Origin: a virus
Reading direction: 5' to 3' (one strand)
DNA: 64,000 nucleotides
Virus record (IMG/VR): IMGVR_UViG_3300042317_001497
Part shown: positions 48,212 to 58,519 of the stretch, in pieces
How the letters are laid out: the number at the start of each line of letters is the position of its first letter
Position numbering within the stretch: position 1 is the stretch's first letter
Notes under the pieces: generated by a model
The model's database searches: none
What the model was told of the DNA's origin: nothing
What the model saw: only the letters and a program-made list of their open reading frames with translations
Made by a program: the position numbers and the translations under genes

Positions 48212-51200
48212 CTACCATTCTAATAATCCAAATAGATTCTTATCCTGGTCGTTATTAAGATCGTATACTACTGAGAATGCATTAGACTGTGTAGAATTTC
48301 TCCAATATCCTGCGCTAGTACCATTTCCTTTATAAAATGCTGCTTTGACCCATTCGTTTTCTGTTGGAATACTAAATCGAGGAGGCAAACCAGTATACGG
48401 ATTTATACTATTCGGTATATCTGTAGTACTCTGAAGATTATAAACTCCATTAATTATATTTTGAGGATTATTGGGCTTATTATTATCTAGCCAATTAATT
48501 ATACTAAATAAAGCTGTTCTATTTATACCAGTCATTGGTTTATGTTTTTTGTTAACAGCAGGCGTGTATACATATTGTCCTCGTATTCCTGTTACTACTA
48601 TATCCGAAGAAATGGGCAGATTTAGTATTGAAGAAGATCCCGCTTTATATACGCTATTGAGAAAAACACAATACTCTTCTACTGTTAAATTATATTTTTG
48701 TATATAGAAAATATATCCAACAGAACCGATAGACTCAGGCTTTATTACTACTTTATTATAGCCATATGTAATAATATTATCATAAAAATGAGTATTATTT
48801 ATATCTTCTACTTTCACAAAATTAGTAAATGTATTGTCGTTAAAAGACGATGCTATCCTAATACCTATGTTATTATTATTAAAATTAATTTCTTCTCTGA
48901 ATTGTAAAGAGGGCGTGTTCAAGAGATTATCATCTAAAAATTGTAAAGACTCTGGTAGAGATCCTTGTTTTTTAAATATATCTGGACTAGTGCCTCTATT
49001 AAAGAAAACTTTCTTAACCGGATCATATGTTATCTCATAGCAGTTACCTATTTGATCAAAAGTACCATAGTAACTACTGCCTCCAATTGAACCAACATTA
49101 GCTGTAATATGTGTGCGAGTTGATATAGCTCCGACAGGAATATATACAACTCTATTTAAATTTTGATTACTATATAAAGTTCTTGAAAAAGAAGTAGTAC
49201 TATTATTAAATAAATATGTTTCACCCTGTTTTAAACTTAAAAGACTATTAAATTTACTATTTTTTGACCAACTTTTTGGAGCATTATTTTCTATACTTAC
49301 AACACTATTAATAATATTAGATAAATTACCAGGTAATGTATAAGTATTACTAAGATCATTGTTTTTAGCTGATAGTTTAATCTTAATAATTTGTCTAGGA
49401 GATTCAGAACCCCCTATCCTTTGGTAATAGCTGTCAGGATTAAGAATTCCTGTATAAAAAACATATGGAGATATATCGCTTGTAATGAGATAACCTGGAT
49501 TTTTATAGTCATTCTGGGGCAAACGAGAATCATCCAACAACAACAAGCTATTGAAAGAGCTATTTTTTCTCCAAGATGTTAATTTATTACCATCAATGTT
49601 TATTATAGATAAAGTATTATTATTAATAACTCCGGGTAAATCATTTATATAGATCTGAGTTCCATTATATGATAAAAATTGTAAATTACTATCAATAGTA
49701 ATAGATCCTATATTCGGTGTAGGAGCAGGCTGTGTTGGTACTGGTGTAGGAGTAGGAGTAGGATCAGCCTGCGGTACAATTTCATATAAAATAGGACCCT
49801 CTGATAAAAATATAGTAGTACCATCTCCAGAGTAACATACGTTTTTATTAATAGAAGTATTTAATCTTTCCTCATAGAAAAACCAATTATAACCACCATC
49901 ATTAGATGTGTAGATAGTATCCCTATTATTTGGTCCTCCTTGCTGATTCGCATATAAAACTAATTTTTGACCATCTTTAGACATAGATAGTCTTTTACTA
50001 GAAATAGCACTATTGGTGCCTGATGTGGTTTCTCTAAAGTATAAAGTACTATTTTTATCTGATTCTCCCCTAAATTTGTCTCTTGAAATAGTTGTAAATG
50101 AATCTCCCCCATTAGCGGAAATAATTAATCTTTGATTTGTAAATGGATTATTGCTAATACCAACCCATGCGGCAATCTTAGAAGCATCACTTGAAATGGC
50201 TAGTTGACTATAAAAATCATTACCTGTTTTCTTGGTCCATGATGTTCCTTTGTCGGACGATACATAAATACCATCTCCACACACAGCAAGCACAATAGTA
50301 TTTCCGTCATCAGATACGCATATTTTAGAATATGGATAATAAGTGGATATAGTATCAAAACTTTTTGATACCACCCATGTTTGTCCAGTATCTGTAGAAA
50401 CATAAACTTTCATTTGCAGGTCGCCGCTAGGTATAGAAACTCTTAAAAATGCCATAGTTGTACCATCACTAGATACAGCAACATGACTTATATTTTGAAC
50501 AAAATTTTCTCCGTCTGGTAATAAAGGAGTCCAAGTAGACATAGAGTTTGTTGATAGGTATAGTCTATACGATAGCTGTGTAGTGGAACCAAGAGTAGGA
50601 CTGTGTTGACCTCCTGCTAGAGCACCGGTTCCATTATTAAATAATGCTATAGTATTAAATTTTATCGCTGATCCTAACGTAGAAGGAGTAGAAACTGCTG
50701 GTAATATGGTTCTATACCATGAACCATTCGGCGCTTTTTTGAAAATTTGATCATTATTAACAGCGTTTACAATAGTAGGATGACCTAATACAACTGCTAT
50801 ATCATCACTATTTGTAGGAGCACTTATATCTATTATATTATCCCCTATCGTATAGTAACCGCCACTCTGTTCGTCCCCAGCTGTACCATTAAATCTTTTT
50901 ACTTCAAAATCCATAAAACTTAATGGAGTAGCTGTGGGTGTTGGTGTTGGTGTAGCGCTAGCGGTTGGAGTTGGAGATTGAGTAGGAGTAGGAGATGGCA
51001 ATGGTGTCTGAGTATTTAACGCAAAATTAGTATATAAAGATACTAGATTATATGTATTTATACAAGCTATACTCGCTTCGTAAGTATTAATACTGAGTTC
51101 TGGATTAGTGAAAATATAAGACGGTACCCTGCTCGTAAATGTTGTATCGTTTAATGGATCGTTGGGGTTGGTGGGATTGTTTAGTTTTATAATATAAGAA

Positions 51201-53983
51201 ATAATTATAGCACCAGCACCTCCTGTATTAGACGGAGGATTCCAAGAAGCATTGACTCCACCAGCTACCGGTGTGGCAACAAAATCAGTAACAATACCGG
51301 GGTTGGTAGCGGTAGTAGTTGGGGTTGGTGACGGAGTTCTTGTTGGGGTAGGATAAGGTGTAGGGCTATTAGTAGGTGTAGGAGATAGTGTAGGAGTAGG
51401 AGGTGGCACTGTTGGTGTGGAAGAAGGCGTGGGGCTACTAGTAGGCGTAGGACTGCTAGTGGGCGTGGGGCTAGTAGTAGGAGTCGGCGGAGGAGGAGGA
51501 GGATCTCCTACTATAACAGGAACGCCAAAATAATAATCATTCCAACTATTTCTAGCTCCGGATTTAATGTAAAAAGTAAGATTGTCAATATTTAAATAAG
51601 TCAAAAAAATTGTAGATGATGTTGGTATTGGTCTTTGATTACCATCAAAATAAATATTTTTTATAGTACTGTTAGGAGATCGATTTAGATAATTAGATAG
51701 GGTCACTATAGAACTAGGAATAACCAGAGTGGTATACAAATCAGGATTTGTAATAGCTCCATCAGATATATTCTTTATGCTATAACCATTGATATTTTGT
51801 GGAATATTTAAAGTATTCTGATTAGTAGTTCCAAAAATTTGTACTATATTAGCCTCACTGGGGTTTGTAGCGAAACAAAGATAATTATTGTTATAAAATA
51901 GTATATTGTCTACCGGGGGAAATAAATAATTGTGGTGTGATGATCTGGTATTGATATTGCGTAAATTAGAACATCTATCTAGTATCCGGCCGGGAACGAC
52001 GTTACCAGCGGAGTATAGTGTGCCCCTTACAAATGCAGGTTCGTAAACACGGGTATAAGAATTCCCAACCGAATAATAGCTAGAACTAGAGTCGGAAACC
52101 TTTATATCATTATTAAATGAAATAGTTTCTAAATTCAAACAATCAGCAAAAGTTCTCTTTCCTAATACCGTAGTACTAACAGGGAGATCTATATTTTTTA
52201 GGTTAGTTCCAGCAAAAGCTTCTATACCAATATATCTGATCTGAGATGATCCAAAATTAACAGATTCCAAACTTTTACAATTAGTAAAACATCTATCGAG
52301 AATGGAAATAATATTAGGATTTAAAGCAATAGACTTTAATCTAGATGTTGGCGATGGAGCTATTTTATTAAGAGGAACTAAAACCTTATAAGATGAGTTT
52401 GGAGGATTTTGTATTATGCCATCAGAGGTATCAGGAGATAGCTGAGGAGAGCCTATGTATCTAACCGGCGCTCCATTTATTAGTATAGGAAAGGTTAGAG
52501 TCTCAGGTATACTATTCCTAACACTTTCCACAGATTCTCCTGCTATTCCAATTATCATAATCCCTGTTTCTATGGAAGAATTTGATGGCCATGTGGCGCC
52601 ATTGTTGCCGACATTCACATAAGCATATGTAATATTATTGACGCTCCATGTAAAATAATAAATAGTACTTATAGGAGTAGGTAGATAACTTGTTGCTCGA
52701 TCATTGTATCTTAAGTAATAATCTGTTATATAATTTGGTAGTGGTAATGATGTCGGACTAGGTGTGGGGGTTGGAGTTCCGGTAGGTGTGGATGTTGGAC
52801 TAGTTGTGGGTGTCGGTGTAGAAGTGCTTGTTGGTGTTGGAGTTCTGGTTGGTGTGGGTGTTGGGCTGGTCGTAGGTGTTGGGCTGGTCGTAGGTGTTGG
52901 GCTGGTCGTAGGTGTTGGGCTAGGGGTGGGAGTAGGTGTCCTAGTAGGGGTCGGTCCTATCGGAGTAGCTGTTGGAGTAGCTGTTGGAGTAGCTGTTGGA
53001 GTAGCTGTTGGACGTATTGTAGGAGTAGGAGTCGGAACAACCATACCAGCACAACTATAAGTCGAAACACCATAAGACCCATCACCAAAAGTATTACTTG
53101 TTAGACAACCTGGCGCAACATCACTTTTTGTAGCATATCTCCAATATTTTGGTCCGTTAAAAGTATCATGTTGATAGAATGCCGCTTTATACCATTCATT
53201 TTTATTTAGCAAAGAATATTTCGCATCAGAACTTCTACCAATATCGTACGGATTCAAATCACCATTTATATAATAAGCGCCTCCCTCAGTTATATATATA
53301 TTATAAAGATTTCCACTTAATTTTGTATCGGGCCTACCGTTATGTAGCCAATTACAATATCTAAGAGCGGATCCCCACGATAAAGAAGTCATCGGTTTAT
53401 TGCCATATGCACCAAGCACAGAGAAAGTATTGCCGTTCCTTGCAATATCTGGGCGTGGTTGCGTACCCCAATACGGATTATATAACTGATACGAATCTAC
53501 ATAATTTTGGCCACTAGCTCTATTATCTTGTACAGTATTGAGAAAAATTACATATTCACAAACAGTGACAGGATATCTACCTATTTTATAGGTATAATCA
53601 ACTCGTCCTATACCATTATTATCGGGAATATTAAAAGGACTACCAACATCAACAAGATTTGGTAAATTAGAAGGATTAGTGCGTGAACCTATACGAAACC
53701 CTTGCATGACACCTTCAAGGATCAAAGTTCTTCCTGGCGGCTGGGCGACTTCCTGCCAATTATATCCAGCAGAAGATATTTCATAATCATTAGAGTACCA
53801 ACTTCCTCCAAATATACCTGGTACTGCATCTGTGCCTACTCGAACCACATCTCCCATTTCCCATACATTTCCGGACTGGTCATAAGTGCCGTAATAAGAT
53901 GGTCCTCCATTGCTGCCTACTGTAGTTATGGAGGATGGTCCATTACAACCGCCTCCTACAAAATAATTGGCAAAATTTGTCAT
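48212..53983 (-). CDS. 1923-aa multidomain fibre/adhesin: permuted FGE/CLec, BspA-LRR, FN3, BNR propeller, second permuted FGE/CLec
   Basis: GTYDQSGNVWE/GGSW/GFR/NEWYKAA; AFAGTNLKNIDLP LRR; ASWNPPSNTGG FN3; S-x-D-x-G-x-T/S-W Asp boxes; four PT linkers. Confidence 0.7.
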   Translation of the reverse strand: MTNFANYFVGGGCNGPSSITTVGSNGGPSYYGTYDQSGNVWEMGDVVRVGTDAVPGIFGGSWYSNDYEISSAGYNWQEVAQPPGRTLILEGVMQGFRIGSRTNPSNLPNLVDVGSPFNIPDNNGIGRVDYTYKIGRYPVTVCEYVIFLNTVQDNRASGQNYVDSYQLYNPYWGTQPRPDIARNGNTFSVLGAYGNKPMTSLSWGSALRYCNWLHNGRPDTKLSGNLYNIYITEGGAYYINGDLNPYDIGRSSDAKYSLLNKNEWYKAAFYQHDTFNGPKYWRYATKSDVAPGCLTSNTFGDGSYGVSTYSCAGMVVPTPTPTIRPTATPTATPTATPTATPIGPTPTRTPTPTPSPTPTTSPTPTTSPTPTTSPTPTPTRTPTPTSTSTPTPTTSPTSTPTGTPTPTPSPTSLPLPNYITDYYLRYNDRATSYLPTPISTIYYFTWSVNNITYAYVNVGNNGATWPSNSSIETGIMIIGIAGESVESVRNSIPETLTFPILINGAPVRYIGSPQLSPDTSDGIIQNPPNSSYKVLVPLNKIAPSPTSRLKSIALNPNIISILDRCFTNCKSLESVNFGSSQIRYIGIEAFAGTNLKNIDLPVSTTVLGKRTFADCLNLETISFNNDIKVSDSSSSYYSVGNSYTRVYEPAFVRGTLYSAGNVVPGRILDRCSNLRNINTRSSHHNYLFPPVDNILFYNNNYLCFATNPSEANIVQIFGTTNQNTLNIPQNINGYSIKNISDGAITNPDLYTTLVIPSSIVTLSNYLNRSPNSTIKNIYFDGNQRPIPTSSTIFLTYLNIDNLTFYIKSGARNSWNDYYFGVPVIVGDPPPPPPTPTTSPTPTSSPTPTSSPTPSSTPTVPPPTPTLSPTPTNSPTPYPTPTRTPSPTPTTTATNPGIVTDFVATPVAGGVNASWNPPSNTGGAGAIIISYIIKLNNPTNPNDPLNDTTFTSRVPSYIFTNPELSINTYEASIACINTYNLVSLYTNFALNTQTPLPSPTPTQSPTPTASATPTPTPTATPLSFMDFEVKRFNGTAGDEQSGGYYTIGDNIIDISAPTNSDDIAVVLGHPTIVNAVNNDQIFKKAPNGSWYRTILPAVSTPSTLGSAIKFNTIALFNNGTGALAGGQHSPTLGSTTQLSYRLYLSTNSMSTWTPLLPDGENFVQNISHVAVSSDGTTMAFLRVSIPSGDLQMKVYVSTDTGQTWVVSKSFDTISTYYPYSKICVSDDGNTIVLAVCGDGIYVSSDKGTSWTKKTGNDFYSQLAISSDASKIAAWVGISNNPFTNQRLIISANGGDSFTTISRDKFRGESDKNSTLYFRETTSGTNSAISSKRLSMSKDGQKLVLYANQQGGPNNRDTIYTSNDGGYNWFFYEERLNTSINKNVCYSGDGTTIFLSEGPILYEIVPQADPTPTPTPVPTQPAPTPNIGSITIDSNLQFLSYNGTQIYINDLPGVINNNTLSIINIDGNKLTSWRKNSSFNSLLLLDDSRLPQNDYKNPGYLITSDISPYVFYTGILNPDSYYQRIGGSESPRQIIKIKLSAKNNDLSNTYTLPGNLSNIINSVVSIENNAPKSWSKNSKFNSLLSLKQGETYLFNNSTTSFSRTLYSNQNLNRVVYIPVGAISTRTHITANVGSIGGSSYYGTFDQIGNCYEITYDPVKKVFFNRGTSPDIFKKQGSLPESLQFLDDNLLNTPSLQFREEINFNNNNIGIRIASSFNDNTFTNFVKVEDINNTHFYDNIITYGYNKVVIKPESIGSVGYIFYIQKYNLTVEEYCVFLNSVYKAGSSSILNLPISSDIVVTGIRGQYVYTPAVNKKHKPMTGINRTALFSIINWLDNNKPNNPQNIINGVYNLQSTTDIPNSINPYTGLPPRFSIPTENEWVKAAFYKGNGTSAGYWRNSTQSNAFSVVYDLNNDQDKNLFGLLEW
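52857..53012 (-). repeat. Coding tandem repeats in a Pro/Thr linker
   Basis: On the + strand, GGTGTTGGGCTGGTCGTA x3 plus a partial copy (52857-52920) and GGAGTAGCTGTT x4 (52962-53009). Confidence 0.85.
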
Positions 53984-53999
53984 AAAAAATTTATCCTAT

Positions 54000-56954
54000 T
54001 TATATATTAGCTATAGAGCCGAAAACAGTATTAATAGCACTAACCATAGTTCCATTTTTAATAAATATAGAACACGGAGTTCCAGCATAAGCAGAGAAAA
54101 ATTCTACTGCACCTACTTCAATACCATTTTTTCTAATACTCATAGTAGCAGGGAGAGATGTCCCAAAGTCATTGATAGCTATAAATCTAAATTCACTACC
54201 AATTTGATCAGTAATAAAAGTTATACCATTATTACTATCACTATAATTACCGTTTCCAGCAGAAGTATTAGCTACTAAAGTAACATTATATGGTATATTA
54301 CTAGGAGTAACAACCGGTACACTACTTGTTGGAGCCGGGGTTGCTCCTATGGAGGTTGGTGTGGATGTTGGCGTCTGGGTTGGTGTTGGAGTTGGGGTCG
54401 AAGAAGAAGTTGCTGTTGGTGTCATGGTTATATTGTCCTTATCATTAACACAAGTGATTGTTAAGAAATCCATACTACTCTTGTCCGTATCAGGATCTGT
54501 TAAAACCACCTTTAGAACACTGGGCGATTGTGCATTAACATTAATTAGTACAGAGATATTGCTTAATCCTCCATTGCCAACAGAAACTATACCTGTAGCT
54601 GGTGATATATCAACTTGCGGATTAAGGGATGTTACTTCATAATGGTAATTATATCCTGGTTTACCATTAGCTATATTGATAGTAATTGGATTATTCTTAT
54701 AACATCTACCATCGGGTATAACAACAGACTCAGAAGCAAAAGATACAGATGGAACAGTATTACAACAGCCCGGTAAGCAATCCTCACATAAAATATTAAT
54801 AGTTTCATTAATACCATAGCACAATGTACTCAAACCACTAGGGGCTCCGACATTAATATTTAGTAAAGCATATGGACTTATACTAGCTCCACAAAGACCA
54901 CCATCACAATTACCGAATAAATTTTGATTATTCTCATTATTTTCGAAATAAAATTTAGTATTAATGATATAATTTTTTTTGCTTGGTGAAAATACTCCGC
55001 TGGATGGAGAAATAACATAGTCAGCATTACTATCTACTTCACTCAATCCATATCTATAAGTACGTCCTGGTAACACGCCCGTTACCATTATAGATAAATT
55101 ATATTCATTATTGCCAGAGCCAGCCAGAGTTAGATTTCTAACATTGAAGCCATCAAAAACATAGGCCCCAGCCTGTTTACTAACATCTCCATTAATAGCT
55201 ATTTGCATACTACAATCTACAGGCGTTGGAGTTGGAGTTGGAGTAACACCAGGAATAATATTATCTTGATCGTTTTCACAAGTTAAAACTAAAAAGTCCA
55301 TGCTGCTTCTGTTGGTACTAGGATCTGTTAATATAACTTGAATTACAGCAGGAGACTGTCCATTCAGATCCACAAGAGTTGTGATAGTACCAGACCCTCC
55401 ATCTCCTCCAGCATATAGTCCTTCAAATGGAGATATTTCAACTTGAGGATTGGTACAAGAAAAAGCGTATTGATAATTATATCCGGCTTGACTATTAGTA
55501 ACATTTACACTAATAGGATTAGTTTTATAACATCTGCCATCCTGAATAGTAATATTTTTAGGATAAAAATCTACAGCGGCCACAGAAGCTGTGGATGTAG
55601 GAGTAGGAGTACTGGTGGGAACTGGTGTGCTGGTGGGCGTAGGTGTTCTTGTTGGAAATGGTGCCACATTATCTTGTGGATTTTCGCAAGTGAGTACTAA
55701 GAAGTCCATACTACTACGATTGGTGGCAGGATCAGTGAGTTCTACTTGTATGACCGCTGGGGATGCTCCATCAGTATCTATTAAAGTTACTATAGTACCG
55801 GATCCTGTTTCTCCGACAGAAAAAATACCACTAGAAGGATAAAATTTTATATCTGTATTAGCCGAAGAAAAATAATAATTATAATCATATCCAGCATTGC
55901 TATTTGTTACATTCACACTAATAGGATTAGTCTCAAAACATCTTCCATCGGGTATGATTATATCATTAGGATCAAAAGATACTGTAGCAACAGATGCTGT
56001 AGAGGTAGGCGTCGGAGACATCGACGGTGTTGGCGTAGGAGTTCTTGTTGGGGTGCTTGTTGGTGTGTTGGTAGGAGTAGGAGAAGGAGTAGGTGTTGGA
56101 GATGCTGTAGGACTAGGAGTTGGTGTTCTGGTTGGTGTGGATGTTATGGCTGGTAGGCAACCACTACATATCAAATTGATATCTTGTGTAAAAACATTAC
56201 ATCCTTCATATGAAGGAGTTATACTAAGATCAAAAATATTATAAATAACAGGAGGCGGATTATTAATATTTATATTTCCACTAACATATAATGGATCAAA
56301 ATAAAATTGAGACTCTATTAAACAACGATCTGAAGTTGGTTTTAAAATTCCTGTAACAGGAGACATTATACCGTTCCAGTTGCCAGCATTTTTAACCAAT
56401 GAATAAGTATATTCTTCCTGAGGAATTAAACCACTAACTAAAATTGAAAGACTATGACGATTACTCGCCATTGTGACCTGATAAGCTCCTAGACCATCAT
56501 TAGAAAATTTCTTATTCGCTAAACTCAAATCTCCATTGATAAAACAAGAAATAGGAGGACAGCAGTTAATATCTTTTACACATGGTCCTACTGAATTCTC
56601 ATCTGGTAATGATCCTCCTATAGATGGTACTGTAAGTGGTAATACATAAGACGATCTTGCTATAAAATAATACGACTCATTGGAAAGCAATTGTGTTAAT
56701 GATGAATCACTACTAGGAACATATCTTTCACCACTAGGTATAGTCCAGAAAACCGGTATAGAACCATTAACAGTCTGATTACTATAAATAGTAGAAATAC
56801 CATTGATAAATTCATTATACTGAACAAATAATGGATTTACTATATTAGAGGAAGGATTATTAGGATCTGGTATATATCCACTAGGAGCCACCATTAAATT
56901 AAAAGGTAGCTTTCCATTATACTTTTCTATAGAAAATTCCGATATAATATTCAT
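54000..56954 (-). CDS. Repeat protein of five Cys-capped Ig-like modules separated by PT linkers
   Basis: Three near-identical DGRC...SMDFLxxTC modules plus two related ...ICxxCLP modules. ATG 56954 is preferred over 57005 because the GGTGTATA motif lies between them. Confidence 0.7.
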   Translation of the reverse strand: MNIISEFSIEKYNGKLPFNLMVAPSGYIPDPNNPSSNIVNPLFVQYNEFINGISTIYSNQTVNGSIPVFWTIPSGERYVPSSDSSLTQLLSNESYYFIARSSYVLPLTVPSIGGSLPDENSVGPCVKDINCCPPISCFINGDLSLANKKFSNDGLGAYQVTMASNRHSLSILVSGLIPQEEYTYSLVKNAGNWNGIMSPVTGILKPTSDRCLIESQFYFDPLYVSGNININNPPPVIYNIFDLSITPSYEGCNVFTQDINLICSGCLPAITSTPTRTPTPSPTASPTPTPSPTPTNTPTSTPTRTPTPTPSMSPTPTSTASVATVSFDPNDIIIPDGRCFETNPISVNVTNSNAGYDYNYYFSSANTDIKFYPSSGIFSVGETGSGTIVTLIDTDGASPAVIQVELTDPATNRSSMDFLVLTCENPQDNVAPFPTRTPTPTSTPVPTSTPTPTSTASVAAVDFYPKNITIQDGRCYKTNPISVNVTNSQAGYNYQYAFSCTNPQVEISPFEGLYAGGDGGSGTITTLVDLNGQSPAVIQVILTDPSTNRSSMDFLVLTCENDQDNIIPGVTPTPTPTPVDCSMQIAINGDVSKQAGAYVFDGFNVRNLTLAGSGNNEYNLSIMVTGVLPGRTYRYGLSEVDSNADYVISPSSGVFSPSKKNYIINTKFYFENNENNQNLFGNCDGGLCGASISPYALLNINVGAPSGLSTLCYGINETINILCEDCLPGCCNTVPSVSFASESVVIPDGRCYKNNPITINIANGKPGYNYHYEVTSLNPQVDISPATGIVSVGNGGLSNISVLINVNAQSPSVLKVVLTDPDTDKSSMDFLTITCVNDKDNITMTPTATSSSTPTPTPTQTPTSTPTSIGATPAPTSSVPVVTPSNIPYNVTLVANTSAGNGNYSDSNNGITFITDQIGSEFRFIAINDFGTSLPATMSIRKNGIEVGAVEFFSAYAGTPCSIFIKNGTMVSAINTVFGSIANI

Positions 56955-56987
56955 TTTATAGCCTTCAGGTTTACTTTTATAATAAGA

Positions 56988-56995
56988 TATACACC
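56988..56995 (-). promoter_or_regulatory. GGTGTATA motif, candidate phage-specific promoter
   Basis: 41 nt upstream of ATG 56954, co-oriented. Confidence 0.55.
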
Positions 56996-57006
56996 ACAAT
57001 TTCAAA

Positions 57007-57996
57007 TCAGGAATTTAGCAATAATAGGGGACTTTGTAGTACTCCATTAATAGTATCTGTATTATAAATAACTATTATTTTATCATTTAATAAGTAGGTC
57101 TGTGGATTATATATTAATTGTCCTAAATAAGTTTGACTACTATTATTTCGTAAGTTTATAATACTAATACCAGGAATTGGGGAAGCTTTAGAGGAATTAT
57201 AGCCTATATTTTTAGAAACTTGTTTTAGTGATATTGGCGAGATTGATGTTTGTCCACCGGTATTAGTGTTAGTAATAGATCCTATCTGTAGATTAACCAT
57301 AAGCTCTAATGAACGATTTAAAGCATCTACAATAATAATCTGGTTTCCAGCACTATCTGAACTTAAAGAAGCATTACCTCCAACGGTACCTCTTATAGAA
57401 GTTGCTGTAATATTATACTGTAATAGTTTGGAAGTGTCTAAAACAATTTTAAATTGGTCATTTTGTCCTTTTGGTGGTAAATATGCAATATCTTTACGAG
57501 GCAATTTTATCTTTATAGTCGATGGTACAGATGCTGGTACAAATTTAGCAATTGAATATCCATTATATTTATACTCCCAATCATTTTGAGCATTAAGTTC
57601 TATATATAAATTAGTAATGGGCTCGTCTTCTGGTTTAATACAAACTGAAGAAGAGGTTGAGGAACATACCAATTTTTTATACTCTGTTTTTAAAGTATTT
57701 TCGTATAGATCTTTGATAATTAATTTTATTAAGGTTTGACTACCTTCTTGATATTTTGATTGAATATTAACAGCACACATAGGCACAAATGATTTGGTAG
57801 AAAAGATTGTATAACCAGAAGGTGATATATTAACGATATTTCCAGAAGGAATTGTCGTTTCTGTATAAAATTCTATCAGATAAATATCTGCTGGTTTAAT
57901 ATTTGCTCCTGATCCTGTGCATGACACCGGAGAAAATTTGATCAGTGTACCATCTGTACAAATATTAATAGGTATATTAGATTCATTTAAAAACAT
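57007..57996 (-). CDS. Putative virion protein, 329 aa, with one Cys-capped module
   Basis: YLIEF...NISPSG...LIKLIIKD...KLVC resembles the modules of the 54000 protein. Confidence 0.55.
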   Translation of the reverse strand: MFLNESNIPINICTDGTLIKFSPVSCTGSGANIKPADIYLIEFYTETTIPSGNIVNISPSGYTIFSTKSFVPMCAVNIQSKYQEGSQTLIKLIIKDLYENTLKTEYKKLVCSSTSSSVCIKPEDEPITNLYIELNAQNDWEYKYNGYSIAKFVPASVPSTIKIKLPRKDIAYLPPKGQNDQFKIVLDTSKLLQYNITATSIRGTVGGNASLSSDSAGNQIIIVDALNRSLELMVNLQIGSITNTNTGGQTSISPISLKQVSKNIGYNSSKASPIPGISIINLRNNSSQTYLGQLIYNPQTYLLNDKIIVIYNTDTINGVLQSPLLLLNS

Positions 57997-57997
57997 A

Positions 57998-58519
57998 TTA
58001 TGTAGTCCCGCAATTCTTACAACAGATAGATATTGTTTTTTCTGTTAGTGGAATATTACCAGATAATACAGTAAACTTAAAAATACTAATTGGATTATTA
58101 CCATTTATCTCTACGTCTATAGGAATAATAGCTTCTCTAAGAGCTACAGGATTAGAACCAGCCACGGAGGATCCTGTATAATTAGAGTATACCGGTGTTC
58201 TAACAGTAGTTGTTGAATCATTATTCGTTAGTTCTTGTATTTCAAAAGAATAAGTTGTTGGAGAAGGCTGTAATCCTCTGATTTTTACAGTTAGAACATC
58301 ACCATAACAACAAAAATCAGAAACATTATCGAACTCTATATCTGGTACTGCTATATAGCATACTTGTTGTCCTACAAACTCTACAATTGCTCCTGACACT
58401 AGTTTGGTATAAAGTTTACCAGTGACACTATTCATTACAAGTTCCCCTACTTCCAATTGATTAGAGGCTGGTGCAGAGGTTGATGTCTCGTCTCTTTTAG
58501 GTTTAAATTTCATGAACAA
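57998..58519 (-). CDS. Mtd_N-like N-terminus plus one Cys-capped module
   Basis: MKFKPKRDET...PASNQLEVGELVMNSVTGKLY is the fibre N-terminal motif; ends ISICCKNC. Confidence 0.55.
   Translation of the reverse strand: MFMKFKPKRDETSTSAPASNQLEVGELVMNSVTGKLYTKLVSGAIVEFVGQQVCYIAVPDIEFDNVSDFCCYGDVLTVKIRGLQPSPTTYSFEIQELTNNDSTTTVRTPVYSNYTGSSVAGSNPVALREAIIPIDVEINGNNPISIFKFTVLSGNIPLTEKTISICCKNCGTT

Noticed and set aside
3245-56244. Val/Gly-rich or Trp/Arg/Cys-rich ORFs antisense to the PT linkers (e.g. 3245-3529, 3249-3548, 52764-53060, 54349-54642, 55591-55842, 55897-56244)
   Set aside because: These are shadow frames of low-complexity Pro/Thr codons on the opposite strand, with no SD or independent coding signal.
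56955-57005. N-terminal extension MKLWCISYYKSKPEGYK of the 1001-aa ORF
   Set aside because: It overlaps the GGTGTATA element and has no SD; ATG 56954 with an upstream GAAGG is the more plausible start.
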